A stretch of DNA of 63,463 nucleotides, filler included, from Octopus bimaculoides (GCF_001194135.2; 3 parts of 3 records of this genome joined end to end with filler, not necessarily neighbours in it); one strand, 5' to 3'. Shown: positions 50,694 through 63,463, counted from the whole stretch's first letter. Numbers and translations are program-made. Notes: generated by a model not told the origin, from the letters alone.

Positions 50694-51103
50694 AACCAGT
50701 AGTTGTCCATATGTTCTTATGCTGACAAAATAACAGACATGGGAAACAGAAATTTGTTTAAAATGGGACATTCCATCATTCATTCATACTGTTTGTAATA
50801 CTTGGAATCAAAATAACAATGATATTCCTTGCTACCCACTTTAAGTTTAAAAGTGAGAAAAATGTTAAAATTTTCTTAAATGAATTAAATTATTGTGAGA
50901 ATAAAGCTTTAATTCATTTAAAAAGATTATAACATTTTTCTCACTTTTAAACTTAAAGTGGGTAGCAAGGAATATCATTGTTATTTTGATTCCAAGTATT
51001 ACAAACAGTATGAATGAATGATGGAATGTCCCATTTTAAACAAATTTCTGTTTCCCATGTCTGTTATTTTGTCAGCATAAGAACATATGGACAACTACTG
51101 GTT
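50694..51103. repeat. 410-bp palindrome with perfect 174-bp arms
   Basis: 50694-50867 is the exact reverse complement of 50930-51103; a further 14-bp inner inverted repeat TTAAATGAATTAAA/TTTAATTCATTTAA. Confidence 0.95.
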
Positions 51104-51520
51104 ACTGTGATTTGTACAATTTGATTATGGCTTTGACAAAACACAAAAATATCAGAGCCATCTGAATTCCATAATTGCTCTGAAAACTTTGGCCAACAAG
51201 GAATTGATACAGTGCTTGATCACTGGAAAGCAGCTTTGATTCAGTCCCACAATAGATCAGTCAAGAAAAGTCATGATATATTGAAAAGGTTAATTCATTG
51301 AATTGGAATTTTGGCCTGTCAAGAATTACCACTTAGAGGACATGATGAAACAGAAGAATCAAACGATAAGGGTAATTTTCTGTGAAAAAGTAGCAAAATA
51401 CAATTATTGTTTAAGATCATATTTAGATTTCATGAAGAAAAATGACAATAGCACATTTTCTGTACTTTCGTGTGATATTCAAAACGAGATCATTTAATTG
51501 TATAGATGCTACAAATGAAG
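50970..51520 (+). mobile_element. hAT transposase N-terminal remnant (ZnF-TTF/DUF4371-like)
   Basis: YYKQYE*M..ILNK-FCFPCLLFCQHKNIWTTTGYCDL..LKRLIH..LACQELPLRGHDETEESNDKGNFL..DIQNEII. Confidence 0.75.
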
Positions 51521-52379
51521 GAAAAATTAAGACAATATTGGAAAAACAGTCATTGTAAAAATAAACAATTACATCATTGAAATTTGAAAGCTGTGATGTA
51601 AATGCATGACAAATTCAAAAGAATGTGAATAAGCATTACATTTGACAGAATAATCTGAATAGTAAAGAGTTAAGTAAACTATATGGCTTGTTACAATGGA
51701 AACAGGCACCAATATGTATGTGGCTCTCAATCGTTTAAAATTACACAAAGTTTTCAAACTTTAAAAGCTAACTTTTCTACAATTAGCATGCAAAACTACA
51801 TCAGTACACCAAATTTGAAAAGAACTGAAATGAAATTAAAACAATTAAAAACCGACAGCAACGAAAAAAGATCCTAAACATCTTTATTACTGCAGTTCCA
51901 CATGATTCATGTACAGTTGTTTGAAACATTGTACAGTTTATGTGAGGCATAACTGTATCAACATTTTGTCAGTGGAACTAATGACTGTAAAGTAATTTAA
52001 GTTTGCAGTGCAGAATAACACTGGAGGACAGCAATGATACACACTGAGAAAGTAGTGTAGGGAAGGGTTAATGAGGGATAGAAAGGTAAGAATGGGGTGG
52101 AGTTAGGGAGATGAAAAGTTAATGCTAAGATTTGCCGGGTGTACAGTGGGAGTAGAGCTAATAGCAAGTGTAGTTTAAGATAAATGATTTCATCAATCTA
52201 GGCTGCATAAATACTTAGGAAAATATCAAGGTAATTAATTGGGGCAAATTGGGTGAGAGGATATGAATTATTGCAGTACCTATACTATATCAACTGCAAT
52301 GCTAGTGTAATGTTTGGTTGCCTGTCCTGGAGGATAATTATAATAAAGTTAAAATAAGATTTCTCTCCTTCATGAAAGC

Positions 52380-53330
52380 TAAATTCTTCAGTTACTGGAT
52401 GACATACTGTCTGTATTCCCAGTTGATTGTACAGGAGCTAGCATGATACCTGTTTCATCATATATTTTCAGCATCTTAACTACCCTGCCTGATGGATCCA
52501 CTGCTTACCTCATCTTCATAACTTTAATGACTATTGTGATGATATAACTGCTATTTTGATAGCTGGTCTCTTCTTTCAATCATTACTGACAATAATAGAG
52601 ACACCATCATTTCAAACACACTTTTCTCTAACATCTTGATTTACACTAACATGCAATGACACAATCTGAAAACTACACACCACTGGTCCTCTTGTCACAA
52701 AAGACTGGCAAAACTCCTTCTCTCTGCTTCTTTACAAGCAATGTATTTGTCACCTAGCTTCCCTCTTGACCTCATGACTGTTCTTTGCAGCCCACTTTCT
52801 TCCATCCTTGTCTTTTACTTCTTATGGCTCTATTTATAGTGCTATTCCTCTACTATGTTACCTTATGTTTGGTTAGTACCTTGCTCCAGCCACAGAAATG
52901 GTCTATAACTTTTAGCATGTTGCCTCATAAAAATTCTAAGTTGTCTTTTCTAGTTTCCATCTCCTCCTCTTTTTCATCATTAGCATCATCTAGAATTATT
53001 CAGAACATATATTTAGCTGAAGGTTGTTTCAATTTCTTTACTACCCTTTTCCAGAATATCTGTGATCTCATTTGTCAAGCTCTTTTTCTAAAGTCACTAA
53101 CCAGCAGCCTATGTTGAGTAGCACATTGTTTACTGAGGAAGGACTTATTATTTGCAACCATTTGCCTGTTAGGTTTCTGATGAGAATATCTGTCAAGCTT
53201 GCACATTCACCTCATTGGAAGGTGGCTAGTTCATTTCCATCAGAACACTCCAGAGGGTTTGATCCCTCCTCATATTTAGGACCATAACCATAGTCACTAT
53301 GAATTCCAGAGAGCCATCATAGAGGATGTG
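52380..53330 (-). mobile_element. RTE-clade LINE endonuclease end and linker, degraded
   Basis: GIHSDYGYG..EEG..CATQHRLLVSDFRKR..FCGWSK..INRAIRSKRQGWK..KREAR; same family as 38958-39735. Confidence 0.7.
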
Positions 53331-54429
53331 AGCCAAGATAATGAAGTAGTTGCCAATGTTAACAAAGTGGTTCACAATAGAGCCTTGTAAATACAGATTT
53401 TTTTTTTATTCATTGGTCAGATTTAGTGGTTATAAGTAAGCAGAAATATTGCTGTTGTTTTAATTACAACTAGTCTAAGTTTAATTATTCTGTCACATAT
53501 TCTGGCTACTTCAAGTGTGATACATATCTATTTCTTCACCACCAGTATGCCTAATCCACTTAAACCAGCAGAAGAATTCATTCTTGAGTTGTTTGCTTGA
53601 GATGTCTGAAGGACACTCCTCAGACAAAAAGATGAGTTCATCTCACTTCTTGCATGCAGCACATATCAACTTTCCTTCATGCTAGTATCTCTATACATTC
53701 TACCTTTAATTGTGTGTATGTTAATAGTTGGTGGTGCTGGAAAAGTTAATGCTTGAGGTGTATTCTCTGGGTTAGTTGATGTCTGAGCTCTGTTCTCTAC
53801 ACTTGAAAGAAGCTGGATTGTTAAAGATGTTTTTTGCACATGGCCAGATGTTTCCACTTGACCAACTCATAAGCATGGAGCTAGCTCTGTATATGCAGTT
53901 AGGTTTTATCAATATGTTAGAAAATTTCCTTATTTGGCATAGTTTTATAGTCTGGATGCCCTTCCAGCAAGCAATCATTTCACACATACACTTTGAATAT
54001 ACTGTATATATACTTTATATACAAAGTCACATTTATATAACCATCATTTTACATCCACTTTTCATGTGAGCATGTAATGGCCAGATCATTACATTGCAAG
54101 TCAGTTCCTATTTGCAGTTACTGATCCCTGAGATGGAGTGTTCAGGTGAAGAGAATACCTTGGTTTCTTACAGCAGCATTCTTAGGGGTGGATGAATACA
54201 CTGATTCTCACCTGACTCTCACTTTCGGCTCTGAGACCATTCTCAGATCTAACAGTTTGATATTTCTGAAGTTTCCTTTCTCTAACATGTCTCCTTTGCT
54301 CTAATAGCAGTTGATGATGCTGCAGCTAGGCCAGTCAAAGGGTATGATATGCTCCTATGCAACTTGATATACTATGCAGGTAACTAGCCCATGTCTCACT
54401 CCACTAGACATTTTTAGTTTCTCTGCTGG

Positions 54430-55150
54430 TTATCATCTTTCAACCTACTGTTTATCCTTTTCTAATTGAGTACATCTGGCTTTTATGTTTACTTGATTTG
54501 TAGGTGATCAGATGACTGTCTGACTGGATTCTTGAAGTTAGTGATGCAGATGGTAAGGCCATTTACAACTTTGATCTCCCCTCAGTTCATGTGCTATAAC
54601 TGTAGTAGTCATGTATGCCAGTGAAGTTCTCATTATATTATTTGATTTCTCCATTAAATATGCTAGCCACAGTGATAACTGTAGTTTTGAAGTCAGCAAA
54701 AAAGCCACAAAAAAAAGTGTCCTGTTCACCTATCACACCTGGCCATAGTGTATAAGCATAAACAAATATCACTATTGTGTTGCTCAAGAGTAGCCTATGC
54801 TTATTTGTCTTATTCCACATCCCCCATTTCTCTTCTTACCAAGAAGTTTCTATACCTTTGTTCCTTATCCATGAGAAGCATAGGTAGGCTCCTTTCCATT
54901 TTACTTCTTGTATACATCACACATCTAATTGCCTTCATTCCAGCACCTCCACAATCTCACCCAACCTACCTTTCATTGTACAGGGGTTGATGGTGGCTGC
55001 CATAAAGTTGTAGCCCTGAGAGGAAGTGGGATCCAAAAATGGATCCTTTTGTTGGCATCTGCCTTCTGCACCTGAAAGGAAGAAGAAAGTTTGTGGGATC
55101 GCTTGGTGGCGACCAAGAGGTTCTTAGGCATGGTTAGATATTTCTAATTT
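54430..55150 (-). mobile_element. RTE-clade LINE 5' end and AP-endonuclease, degraded
   Basis: ATIN.CTMKGRLGEIVEVLE*RQLDV*CIQEVKWKG..ICITNFKNP..HLITYKS. Confidence 0.72.
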
Positions 55151-55999
55151 TGATTGATTTGCTAATGATTTCCAATGAATTGTTAAACAATCATCACTGT
55201 AATTATTAAACATGGTGGTAGTTAGTCTATATACCTGGTATACAAGTAACAACCATATTTTCCTATTTTTTCCCCAATATGTTCACTCTCTCTCACTCAC
55301 TAGCTCCTTGGCCAGTTGAATCTTGACCACTGTACAAAATAGGAGTGCTAGCTTACCTGTAACATACCCACTCTACCCACCTCCATCACCAAATACTGGA
55401 AATCTATCATCATTCTTTCTCTTGGTAGGTATCATAGCTTTAATCTCCCTCTGAAATGTTATTGTCTTACTCTGTATTACATAGCACAGAACCTCCCAAA
55501 ACTAGACACCAATATTTAAGCATTATCTTACCTAACTCCCATATCAGATAACTAAAGTTAAACATTCATCACCACTAAACATTCATCACCACTACCACCA
55601 CCACCACAACAACAACAACAATGTTACAACTACTGACACCAACATCAATGACACTAATGATGATAACTGTATGAAAACGCACTTATGATAGCATATATGA
55701 AAAAGAGCTGGGGGTTAGGCAAATGAAAGCAGATCAGGTAAAAAGACAAACAAAAAGTATATGTGTGAACCTACTGATTGTCAGCAAATCACAGTACAAG
55801 CTTTCTTATTCCCTACAGTATAAAAGTCAAACAGCTACCAACAAAACTGTATTATGTATGGGCAAGTGGGGATAGATGGAATGGTGCAAGATCAATAAAT
55901 ATGGTGGTTATGTGGTGTCAGAGCATACCTTAAAAGTAACATGTTCAAGAAAGTGAATAAAAGTGTGTAGGGACAGAAGAATCAGAAAATGTGGGTAAA

Positions 56000-56600
56000 G
56001 GTTAAAAGAATATGGTGGGGAGTGAAAAATATATAGAAATAAGGATGAAGATGATCAGAGATACATAGGTGGTAAATGTAGTGAACAGTGACCCATAGTA
56101 GGCAGGAGTTAATGATAAATATGAATGAGAGGATGATAAAAATGAGGGTTAAATTGGAAGTGGCTCAGGGGTGAGGGAATGATGATTAGCAGTATAGAAA
56201 GGACGATACTATGATATATAGTAAAAGGTTCAGCTATCTCAACAGCAAAATATTGCAATAAATAGAAATGTGATGAAAGGGTATGTAACATAGAGATGAC
56301 TGGTGGGTGTTAAAGTTACTAAGAATAATGAGCTGAGTGATGGAGTGTATAAGGGTGATCAGAGGCATACAAGGAGGAATGTAGTGAATAGAGAACAAAG
56401 GTGGTGATCAATGGTAAAAATAAGAAACAATGTCATTAGGGAAAGGGAGTTGCAGTACAGAAAGGATGATGACACATATAATAACAGGTTCTGTATTTAT
56501 TAATTGCAGCAATAGAATAATCCAGTAGATAAAAGTTTAATGGAAAGGTAAGGGTAGAGGAACAGCAGATATAGACTTGATAGGGATATATTGGGTTAGG
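56000..56600 (-). mobile_element. Possible old LINE AP-endonuclease remnants (two diverged segments about 300 bp apart)
   Basis: IHYIPP..QLIILSNFNTHQ (GDFNAH-like); 56050-56240 resembles 56355-56495. Confidence 0.3.
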
Positions 56601-57029
56601 GACCAAATTGTGTGCATATACATTATACTTTCAAAAGCTCAGTTGTGCCCAGCTATGTCTAATAGACCAGCAACTTTCCCTTAACCACTCTATCTATAAA
56701 ACTGTTGTCAACTTAAATTGCTGATCATTTGTTGGGTCAGTGTGAGGTAGACGCACTTTATTCTATGCATTCCCCACATTTAACAGCACCTCATAATAAC
56801 ACTTCATTGCCACTTTAGTAGTAGACAGCTTCTGTTACCTAAGTGACATAATTAATAGGGATGGTGGTTGTTCAGAAATATACTAACCACATAAGAATGG
56901 GTTATAAAAAATTTAAGGTGCTATTACTTTTGCTGGCAATAGAGGTTTCTACATCAGAGTGAAGGAAGATTGTATGATGCTTGTGTTAGAAGTGCAATGC
57001 TGTATGGTAGGAAGATGTGCTGAAGACCT

Positions 57030-57410
57030 ATGAATGCTAGAAAGAAATAAAGCAAGTATGTTCTGATGGATGTGTAATGTTAGTGGGCATCAACACCAGA
57101 GTAAAAGATAAACTGAGAAAAAAGCTGGGAATCAGATACAATGTACAACAAAGGTTGTGCTGGTATGCACATGTGACACATGTCCATACCAGATAAAGTA
57201 TGGACATGTGACATGTCCATACCACATAAAGAATGACTTCTGGATAAAAAGTCCTAAGCACTTCAAATTTGAGGAACTTGTGGAAAAAGGAAACTAAGGA
57301 AGACTTAGGACAAGGTGACAAAGACTGATCTGAAGATATTGCACCTCATGGAGATGACGAAGAACTATATTAATTGATGATATGCTATACTAATTGATGA
57401 TAAGTGCTGC
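57030..57410 (+). mobile_element. RTE-clade LINE 3' end
   Basis: LERNKASMF*WMCNVS..LRKKLGIR..LCWY.HV..RKT*DKVTKTDLK. Confidence 0.75.
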
Positions 57411-57854
57411 AGGACATCTGACCACCTACAACAAATTGAACCCTAACATGATTGTAGTGTTTAGAGTTGATATATCATGTCCTGTACCAAGCCTACATGT
57501 GTTACCACCAACACTTTGCCCATTTATTTGCCTATTACTTACTCCACCTTTAACCAGTTATCTTATTCACATTGCTCCATTTCCCTTCTCCCTACCACTT
57601 GCACTGACTACAACACCCTCATCTTCCTGACTCTCTTACCCTCAACTAGTACTATGTATATGAGAATACATCAGTCCATCCTCATACCTCTAATGCATTT
57701 CTCATCTCTAAGCCAAAGATAAAAGGCACTACTGAGCAGTCTGCATCTATCCATCACCTACTTTTGCCTTTATCTCCTTATCTGTGTTTACCCTTGTTCA
57801 CATCTGCTGTTGTCATAATTCCCTTCCTAAATCCACTCCAAATTATTCTGCCAT

Positions 57855-58232
57855 TCTGGCTATCAAGACCAAACACTCAGGAAAACTGACGAAAAGGGTC
57901 ATGTTTCATCAGGATATTGCTCCAACACATGAGTCATTGCTTTCAATGGCTGTTGCATGTGGCTGTGGTTTTGAACTGATTGATCACCCTCCCTATTCTC
58001 CTGGTTTGGCCCCACCTGACTATCAATTGTTCCCCAACATAAAATAACACTTGACCGGGATGCAGTGCAACAGTGACAATGATGTCATACCTGCTGTTGA
58101 CTTTTTTTGCCCAACAATGGGATCCAAGTATCAAAACACTTATGGGACTATGCAAGGGGGACTATGCTGAAAAATAAGCCTCATTTGGTCACATTCCATG
58201 AGAATATCTTGGTCAGCCCATGAACTTTTCAG
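57855..58232 (+). mobile_element. Mariner 3' fragment with right TIR
   Basis: IKTKHSGKLTKRVMFHQDIAPTH..GFELIDHPPYSPGLAPPDYQLFPNIK; ends ATGAACTTTTCAGCTGATCCTCA followed by TA. Confidence 0.88.
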
Positions 58233-58284
58233 CTGATCCTCATATATTTACACACACACACACACGCACACGTGTCTGTGTATA

Positions 58285-58341
<57 letters not shown>

Positions 58342-59171
58342 ATGTGTAAGTATAGAACTAGATGTTAAAAAAATGACAATGGTGATTATATAACACACAC
58401 ACACACACACACACGNNNNNNNNNNNNNNNNNNNNNNNNNNNNNNNNNNNNNNNNNNNNNNNNNNNNNNNNNNNNNNNNNNNNNNNNNNNNNNNNNNNNN
58501 NNNNNNNNNNNNNNNNNNNNNNNNNNNNNNNNNNNNNNNNNNNNNNNNNNNNNNNNNNNNNNNNNNNNNNNNNNNNNNNNNNNNNNNNNNNNNNNNNNNN
58601 NNNNNNNNNNNNNNNNNNNNNNNNNNNNNNNNNNNNNNNNNNNNNNNNNNNNNNNNNNNNNNNNNNNNNNNNNNNNNNNNNNNNNNNNNNNNNNNNNNNN
58701 NNNNNNNNNNNNNNNNNNNNNNNNNNNNNNNNNNNNNNNNNNNNNNNNNNNNNNNNNNNNNNNNNNNNNNNNNNNNNNNNNNNNNNNNNNNNNNNNNNNN
58801 NNNNNNNNNNNNNNNNNNNNNNNNNNNNNNNNNNNNNNNNNNNNNNNNNNNNNNNNNNNNNNNNNNNNNNNNNNNNNNNNNNNNNNNNNNNNNNNNNNNN
58901 NNNNNNNNNNNNNNNNNNNNNNNNNNNNNNNNNNNNNNNNNNNNNNNNNNNNNNNNNNNNNNNNNAAACATCTATCCAAACCAATGGTTAGAACCTGGAA
59001 CATAAATATAAACACAAATCAAATACACAAGAATATAATGGTATGAAGTGGGTTATGTATCACTTTTTATTTAGTGACTGCTACATAGTAGACAAAGGAA
59101 CAAATAAACAGTACAGGTGTCAAAAGATCAATCTCTATATTTCCATAGGACTAAATGTAAAGACATATTTT

Positions 59172-59520
59172 ATTGTATTTCGGGATGGTCTTTTTATTTC
59201 ATTTTTTGCCAAATAAACACATGTACTATATATTCATTCTTCACTTATTTATTACTGTTCTTATTCTAACTCATGTCCATTGTCTGGAAATCTTACATCA
59301 CACATCTGTGACCTCGGCGAGACTTTCCATCTTTGTGTATGCTCTAACTCTGCTTATTCCATTCTTTAGAATAAGAACAGTAGTAAACGAGTGAAGAACG
59401 GATATATAGTGTGTGTTTATTTGGCAAAAAAAAAAAAAATTGACCATCCTGAAACACAACAATATCTGCTTCAACAGACGACTTCACATCAAGAATCTTG
59501 CAACACAAATTCATAAATGT
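59172..59520. mobile_element. Long-TIR/foldback element
   Basis: Imperfect ~95-bp inverted arms at 59172-59267 and 59368-59463; related to 5315-5538. Confidence 0.8.
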
Positions 59521-59567
59521 AAAGACATATTTTTAGGTATAAAAGTATAGACCCACACACATGCACT

Positions 59568-59602
<35 letters not shown>

Positions 59603-59939
59603 GTTCAAGCAGGTGTATGCACACACACACACACACACATATGTTCAAGCAGGTGTATGCACACACACACTCAAAATATATACATACATACATATATATA
59701 TACACATANNNNNNNNNNATGTTCAAGCAGGTGTATGCACACACACACTCAAAATATATACATACATACATATATATATACACATACATATATATATACA
59801 CACACATATATGCACATACCAACAACTGCAGAAACATCAAGAGTAGCACCATCACCAGCTGGAGTACCAGCAGCAGCACTAATGTCTTTTCCTTGGTAAG
59901 AGACATAGCTCATAAAACCACACATCATCATTAAGTTCC

Positions 59940-60400
59940 CACAGCTGATGCAGCCAACCATTGAGGTCCTACTCTAGAAGCTTTTGCAATCAGCCATTGC
60001 CACTGGTCTTTGTGCTCTGTCATGCACAGCAGGTTCACAGTGTTGTGATTTGTCCATTCCTTGATGTTGTTAAATCAGGATTTTCTCTACCTCTCTGCCC
60101 TCATTCAACTATGCCCTGAAGAATGGTTTTGAACAGGGAGTTGTGGTGGGATATGTGACTACCATGCAAGCTTTTTATCTTTTTATCTCCATAAGGAGTG
60201 GTTACTGTTTGCCAATGTATTTGTTGACTTGCTGCCTGATAAGCCCATTCATTTTGTGTTTTTGTACAAGATAAGTAGCAACCTTCTAAAACACATGTGC
60301 TTAAATGCCTGAATTCTTTGCTCCATGTTAGTTGTAAGAGTTCGGCCCCGACACCCATACAGAAGGATTGAAGTCACCAAGGTCTTGTTGGAAAATTAAT
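59940..60400 (-). mobile_element. RTE-clade LINE C-terminus; 60114-60215 is duplicated at 60480-60582
   Basis: KKIKSLHGSHISHHNSLFKTILQGIVE..FNNIKEWT; near-identical ~100-bp direct repeat. Confidence 0.7.
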
Positions 60401-60582
60401 AGAATTGTTTTTTCATATGTTGTTCAGCTTCATCAAGGCAGTAGAAGCTAAAACCACACATCAAGACCTGTAAAATAAAACCTTGAAGAATGGTTTGGGA
60501 CAGGGAGTTGTGGTGGGATACATGACTACCATGCAAGCTTTTATCTTTTTATCTGCACAAGAAGCGGTTACTGTTTACCAAA

Positions 60583-60660
60583 GAATAAGTCCAGGGGTCG
60601 ATTTGCTTGACTAAAGGAAGTGCTCCAGCATGGCCGCAGTCAAATGACTAAAACAGAATA
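60583..60660 (+). mobile_element. SINE family A 3' tail
   Basis: GAATAAGTCCAGGGGTCGATTTGCTTGACTAAAGG..GTGCTCCAGCATGGCCGCAGTCAAATGACT. Confidence 0.88.
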
Positions 60661-61421
60661 TAGTAAATTTAAGGGGACACTACATTTTATTGTTGGTATA
60701 AGGCAAGGATTGTATTAGGATTGTAGAAAATTTTCGTACAACCTGAATAGTTACATATTACTTACAACTTTGTTCTCACATCAACAAATTTGTGTAGATA
60801 TTGTTGAAAATGTGTTACTTTTATTTTGAATAAGAGCACAAAAAAAATCACAAATATTACCTAGAATGTGTATTTAAAATCAAACTTAAATTTTGGCAAT
60901 AGGAATGATTTGATACATTGGTATAAAAAGTTTCTCCTAAAATTTCAATGTACTCTTGCTTCAGCAAATTGCTACTACACTGGATTTTTGATTTTAAAAA
61001 ATCAATTTTTTTTATTTAGAGAGACTAAGATTCTTTCAACTTTGATCTTTAATTAAAAAGTACTTAAATATTCAGTTAATTATTCAGACTATTAAGTTTT
61101 ATTATTCTTAATTTACTTAATCATCCAGACTCAATTTTTTTTTTTTTTTGAGAAAGGCAACTTCTTTCAATTAATCTGAACTTGAACTGAAACTTGCTTT
61201 CATGATAACATTCCCATTTTTCAAATTTCCTAACAGGCAGGAGTCTCACTTAAATCTCAAATATTACTTGAAGTTGTTCAACTGTTTCATAAAATCTCAT
61301 GAATAATATTTTTCCTTCTTTTAAAATAGTTAAGTTTTTTCCAATTTATTGAATATCCTTAGGGTAAGGTTCCTCTTAATTAGTAATTATTTGATGAATT
61401 TTTAATTAATGTTTCCTTTTA

Positions 61422-61521
61422 NNNNNNNNNNNNNNNNNNNNNNNNNNNNNNNNNNNNNNNNNNNNTTAATTAATTAANNNNNNNNNNNNNNNNNNNNNNN
61501 NNNNNNNNNNNNNNNNNNNNN
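61422..61521. other. Synthetic assembly spacer 44N-TTAATTAATTAA-44N
   Basis: Identical to 30124-30223. Confidence 0.9.
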
Positions 61522-61650
61522 TTGGTATGTATTGCAAGAAACAGCTGGGTTTCTTTCTCTTACATTTTACACACAAGTTTAATGTGTGAAAAACAAAATA
61601 GTAACCTTGAAAGAAGTTTCTATAAAACTAGATTTTAAACCTCGAATGGC

Positions 61651-61709
61651 TAAGGGGGTCCACATGAATGAAATAGTAATCAAAAGGGTCCATAGGTTGA
61701 GAATCCCTG
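61651..61709 (+). mobile_element. Possible hAT-type MITE right end
   Basis: GGGGTCCA..AAATAGTAATCAAAAGGGTCCATAGGTTGAGAATCCCTG resembles a CAGGG.TTCTCAACC-type TIR; partner end not found. Confidence 0.4.
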
Positions 61710-62069
61710 ATATAATTGATGGACCATTTTCTAACAGAGTAGAAAAAAGAATTAAGCCCCAAAACCTGATGTTGCATTATATAACAGCAACAGTTACTCT
61801 TCAACAGTATCTTCCATGAGCTTCATATTGTTAAGGAAGAGACAAAATATTTGGGGAGAATTTTGATGACGAGAGATGTCTTTTATAGTGTTTCCTTATG
61901 TTTTTATATATTTTGTTATCGGCAGAAAAGGAGATGATTGGTAGAAATGTAAAGAATAGGTGAAGATGGTTAATAAACAGAAATCTAAGCCGTAGCACTT
62001 CAAACAACAGCAAAGAAGAGAAACCGGAGAAACTTGCCTCTCATAATATAGAAACATTTCTCATGGCAC

Positions 62070-62320
62070 CAGCAAATAAAATGGAAAAGGCGTTGCACGG
62101 GGGATAGCGAGGGAGATCCGGTGGAATAACCACTCTGACTCACGGGACTCACACTTGCAGATAGCCATCTCCGCCCCGATTGCGGGGCCAAGAACGCCGG
62201 AGGTTTCAGCTGCTACAGGCTCGACCATAAACCTCTCAGAGAGCGACCGATACATCAACAGTTTGATATTTTTACTTCATCTGTTATCTTCCCTTTATCG
62301 CTTTCTCCTCTCCTTTTATC
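62070..62320 (-). mobile_element. CRE-like (RLE-type) non-LTR retrotransposon C-terminal remnant
   Basis: YRSLSERFMVEPVAAETSGVLGP..RESEWLFHRISLAI, resembling the PVA.ET.G..GP..WL.QR.S.A..RGN terminus. Confidence 0.55.
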
Positions 62321-62503
62321 TTGTGCAAATTAAGGATAGTTAATTCCTTATTTTCTAGCTGCCCCTTTTGCTTGTTTGATATGAGGGTCTTCATATGAAA
62401 AGAAAATTTCTCATCATAACAACACAATACTTCTTGACTGAGGTGCTGACCTTTTACTGACCAAATCGATGTAATTTTCTCCATTTTCAGCTTTCCATAT
62501 ATT

Positions 62504-62672
62504 CAGTAGCGTAACTAGGAGGTGGGGTGGTAGGGATGGGCCGCACCGGGCGGCACCCTTAAACGGGGCTGCACTTTTGGGCCCGCTAAAGGCAATACGT
62601 GTTTTATGTGGGATCCGGGGAAGACAAACGGAAGGGCCGCACCGGGCGGCACACACTCTAGCTACGCTAGTG
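62504..62672. mobile_element. hAT MITE, 169 bp, GC-rich
   Basis: TIRs CAGTAGCGTAACTAG / CTAGCTACGCTAGTG; 8-bp TSD CATATATT/CATACATT; internal 19-bp direct repeat at 62538-62556 and 62634-62652. Confidence 0.88.
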
Positions 62673-62676
62673 CATA

Positions 62677-62722
<46 letters not shown>

Positions 62723-63236
62723 AGTGAAATTTGTCTGTATATTTAGAGTTGAACTGTTCCGATGATCTGATAAGCTAATTTATCGTCCTGGATTTACAGT
62801 AGACGACATTTGCCCCTGTGCCGCGCAATAGGACTGAACCGAAGATCACATGGTTTAGAAGTACGTCTATATATATATATATATATATATACGCGTTACC
62901 TACATACCTTGTTATTAATATTTCTAGTATATAACAGGCAATGGCTTACATTAATACAGCTGTCTCAATATATTGTTGTATATCCTATATTCAATGGTAT
63001 GTCTTTGAAGATATACAGGAATGCATTGCCAGAAATTACCGAGTGAATAAAAGGTATGTGTGTGCGTGAGTATGAGTATGTGTGTATAACTATGTGTGTG
63101 TGTGTACGCGCGCGCGTATGTGTACGTAGGTGATAGATAGGCAGACATAAAAATACATTGATATTTAGCTAGAGATGCACACATACACATTCAAGTGTTT
63201 ATATGTACATATATATATATGTGTGTGTATGTGTGT

Positions 63237-63277
<41 letters not shown>

Positions 63278-63463
63278 GGCACAGGAGTGGCTGTGTGGTA
63301 AGTAGCTTGCTTACCAAGCACATTGATCCGGGTTAAGTCCCACTACGTGGTATCTTGGGCAAGTGTCTTCCACCATAGCCTCGGGCCGACCAAAGCCTTG
63401 TGAGTAGATTTGGTAGACGGAAACTGAAAAAAGCCTGTCGTATATATATATATATATATATAT
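63278..63463 (+). mobile_element. SINE family A 5' half, running off the window in (TA)n
   Basis: Close match to 3326-3500. Confidence 0.92.

Noticed and set aside
59599-59760. Triplicated ATGTTCAAGCAGGTGTATGCACAC unit
   Set aside because: Straddles a 10-N gap within (CA)n; likely a contig-overlap artefact.
62000-62330. CpG-rich patch as a gene promoter or first exon
   Set aside because: Better explained by the CRE-like retrotransposon C-terminus on the minus strand.

Overview
AT-rich eukaryotic non-coding DNA (intronic or intergenic) with many microsatellites and N gaps. I found no supportable host protein-coding gene, rRNA, real tRNA or CRISPR. The SINE families look like those I recognise from Octopus genomes; this is an inference from recall, not a search. 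The window is a graveyard of nested transposons: tRNA-headed SINEs, RTE, CR1/L2-like, R4/Dong and CRE-like LINE remnants, several Penelope-like (GIY-YIG) remnants, three mariners, hAT remnants and MITEs, Helitrons, and one Ty3/Gypsy element. Most long ORFs in the track are artefacts of N runs or microsatellites. The most interesting signals are: (1) several unrelated short elements carrying minimal type I hammerhead-ribozyme folds, including a tRNA-promoter SINE with a hammerhead; (2) a LINE and the dominant SINE sharing a 3' tail with a compensatory stem-loop change; (3) a perfect 174-bp-arm palindrome. Two 44N-TTAATTAATTAA-44N spacers look synthetic, so adjacency across them is not biological evidence. 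Boundaries of degraded elements are approximate (tens of bp).
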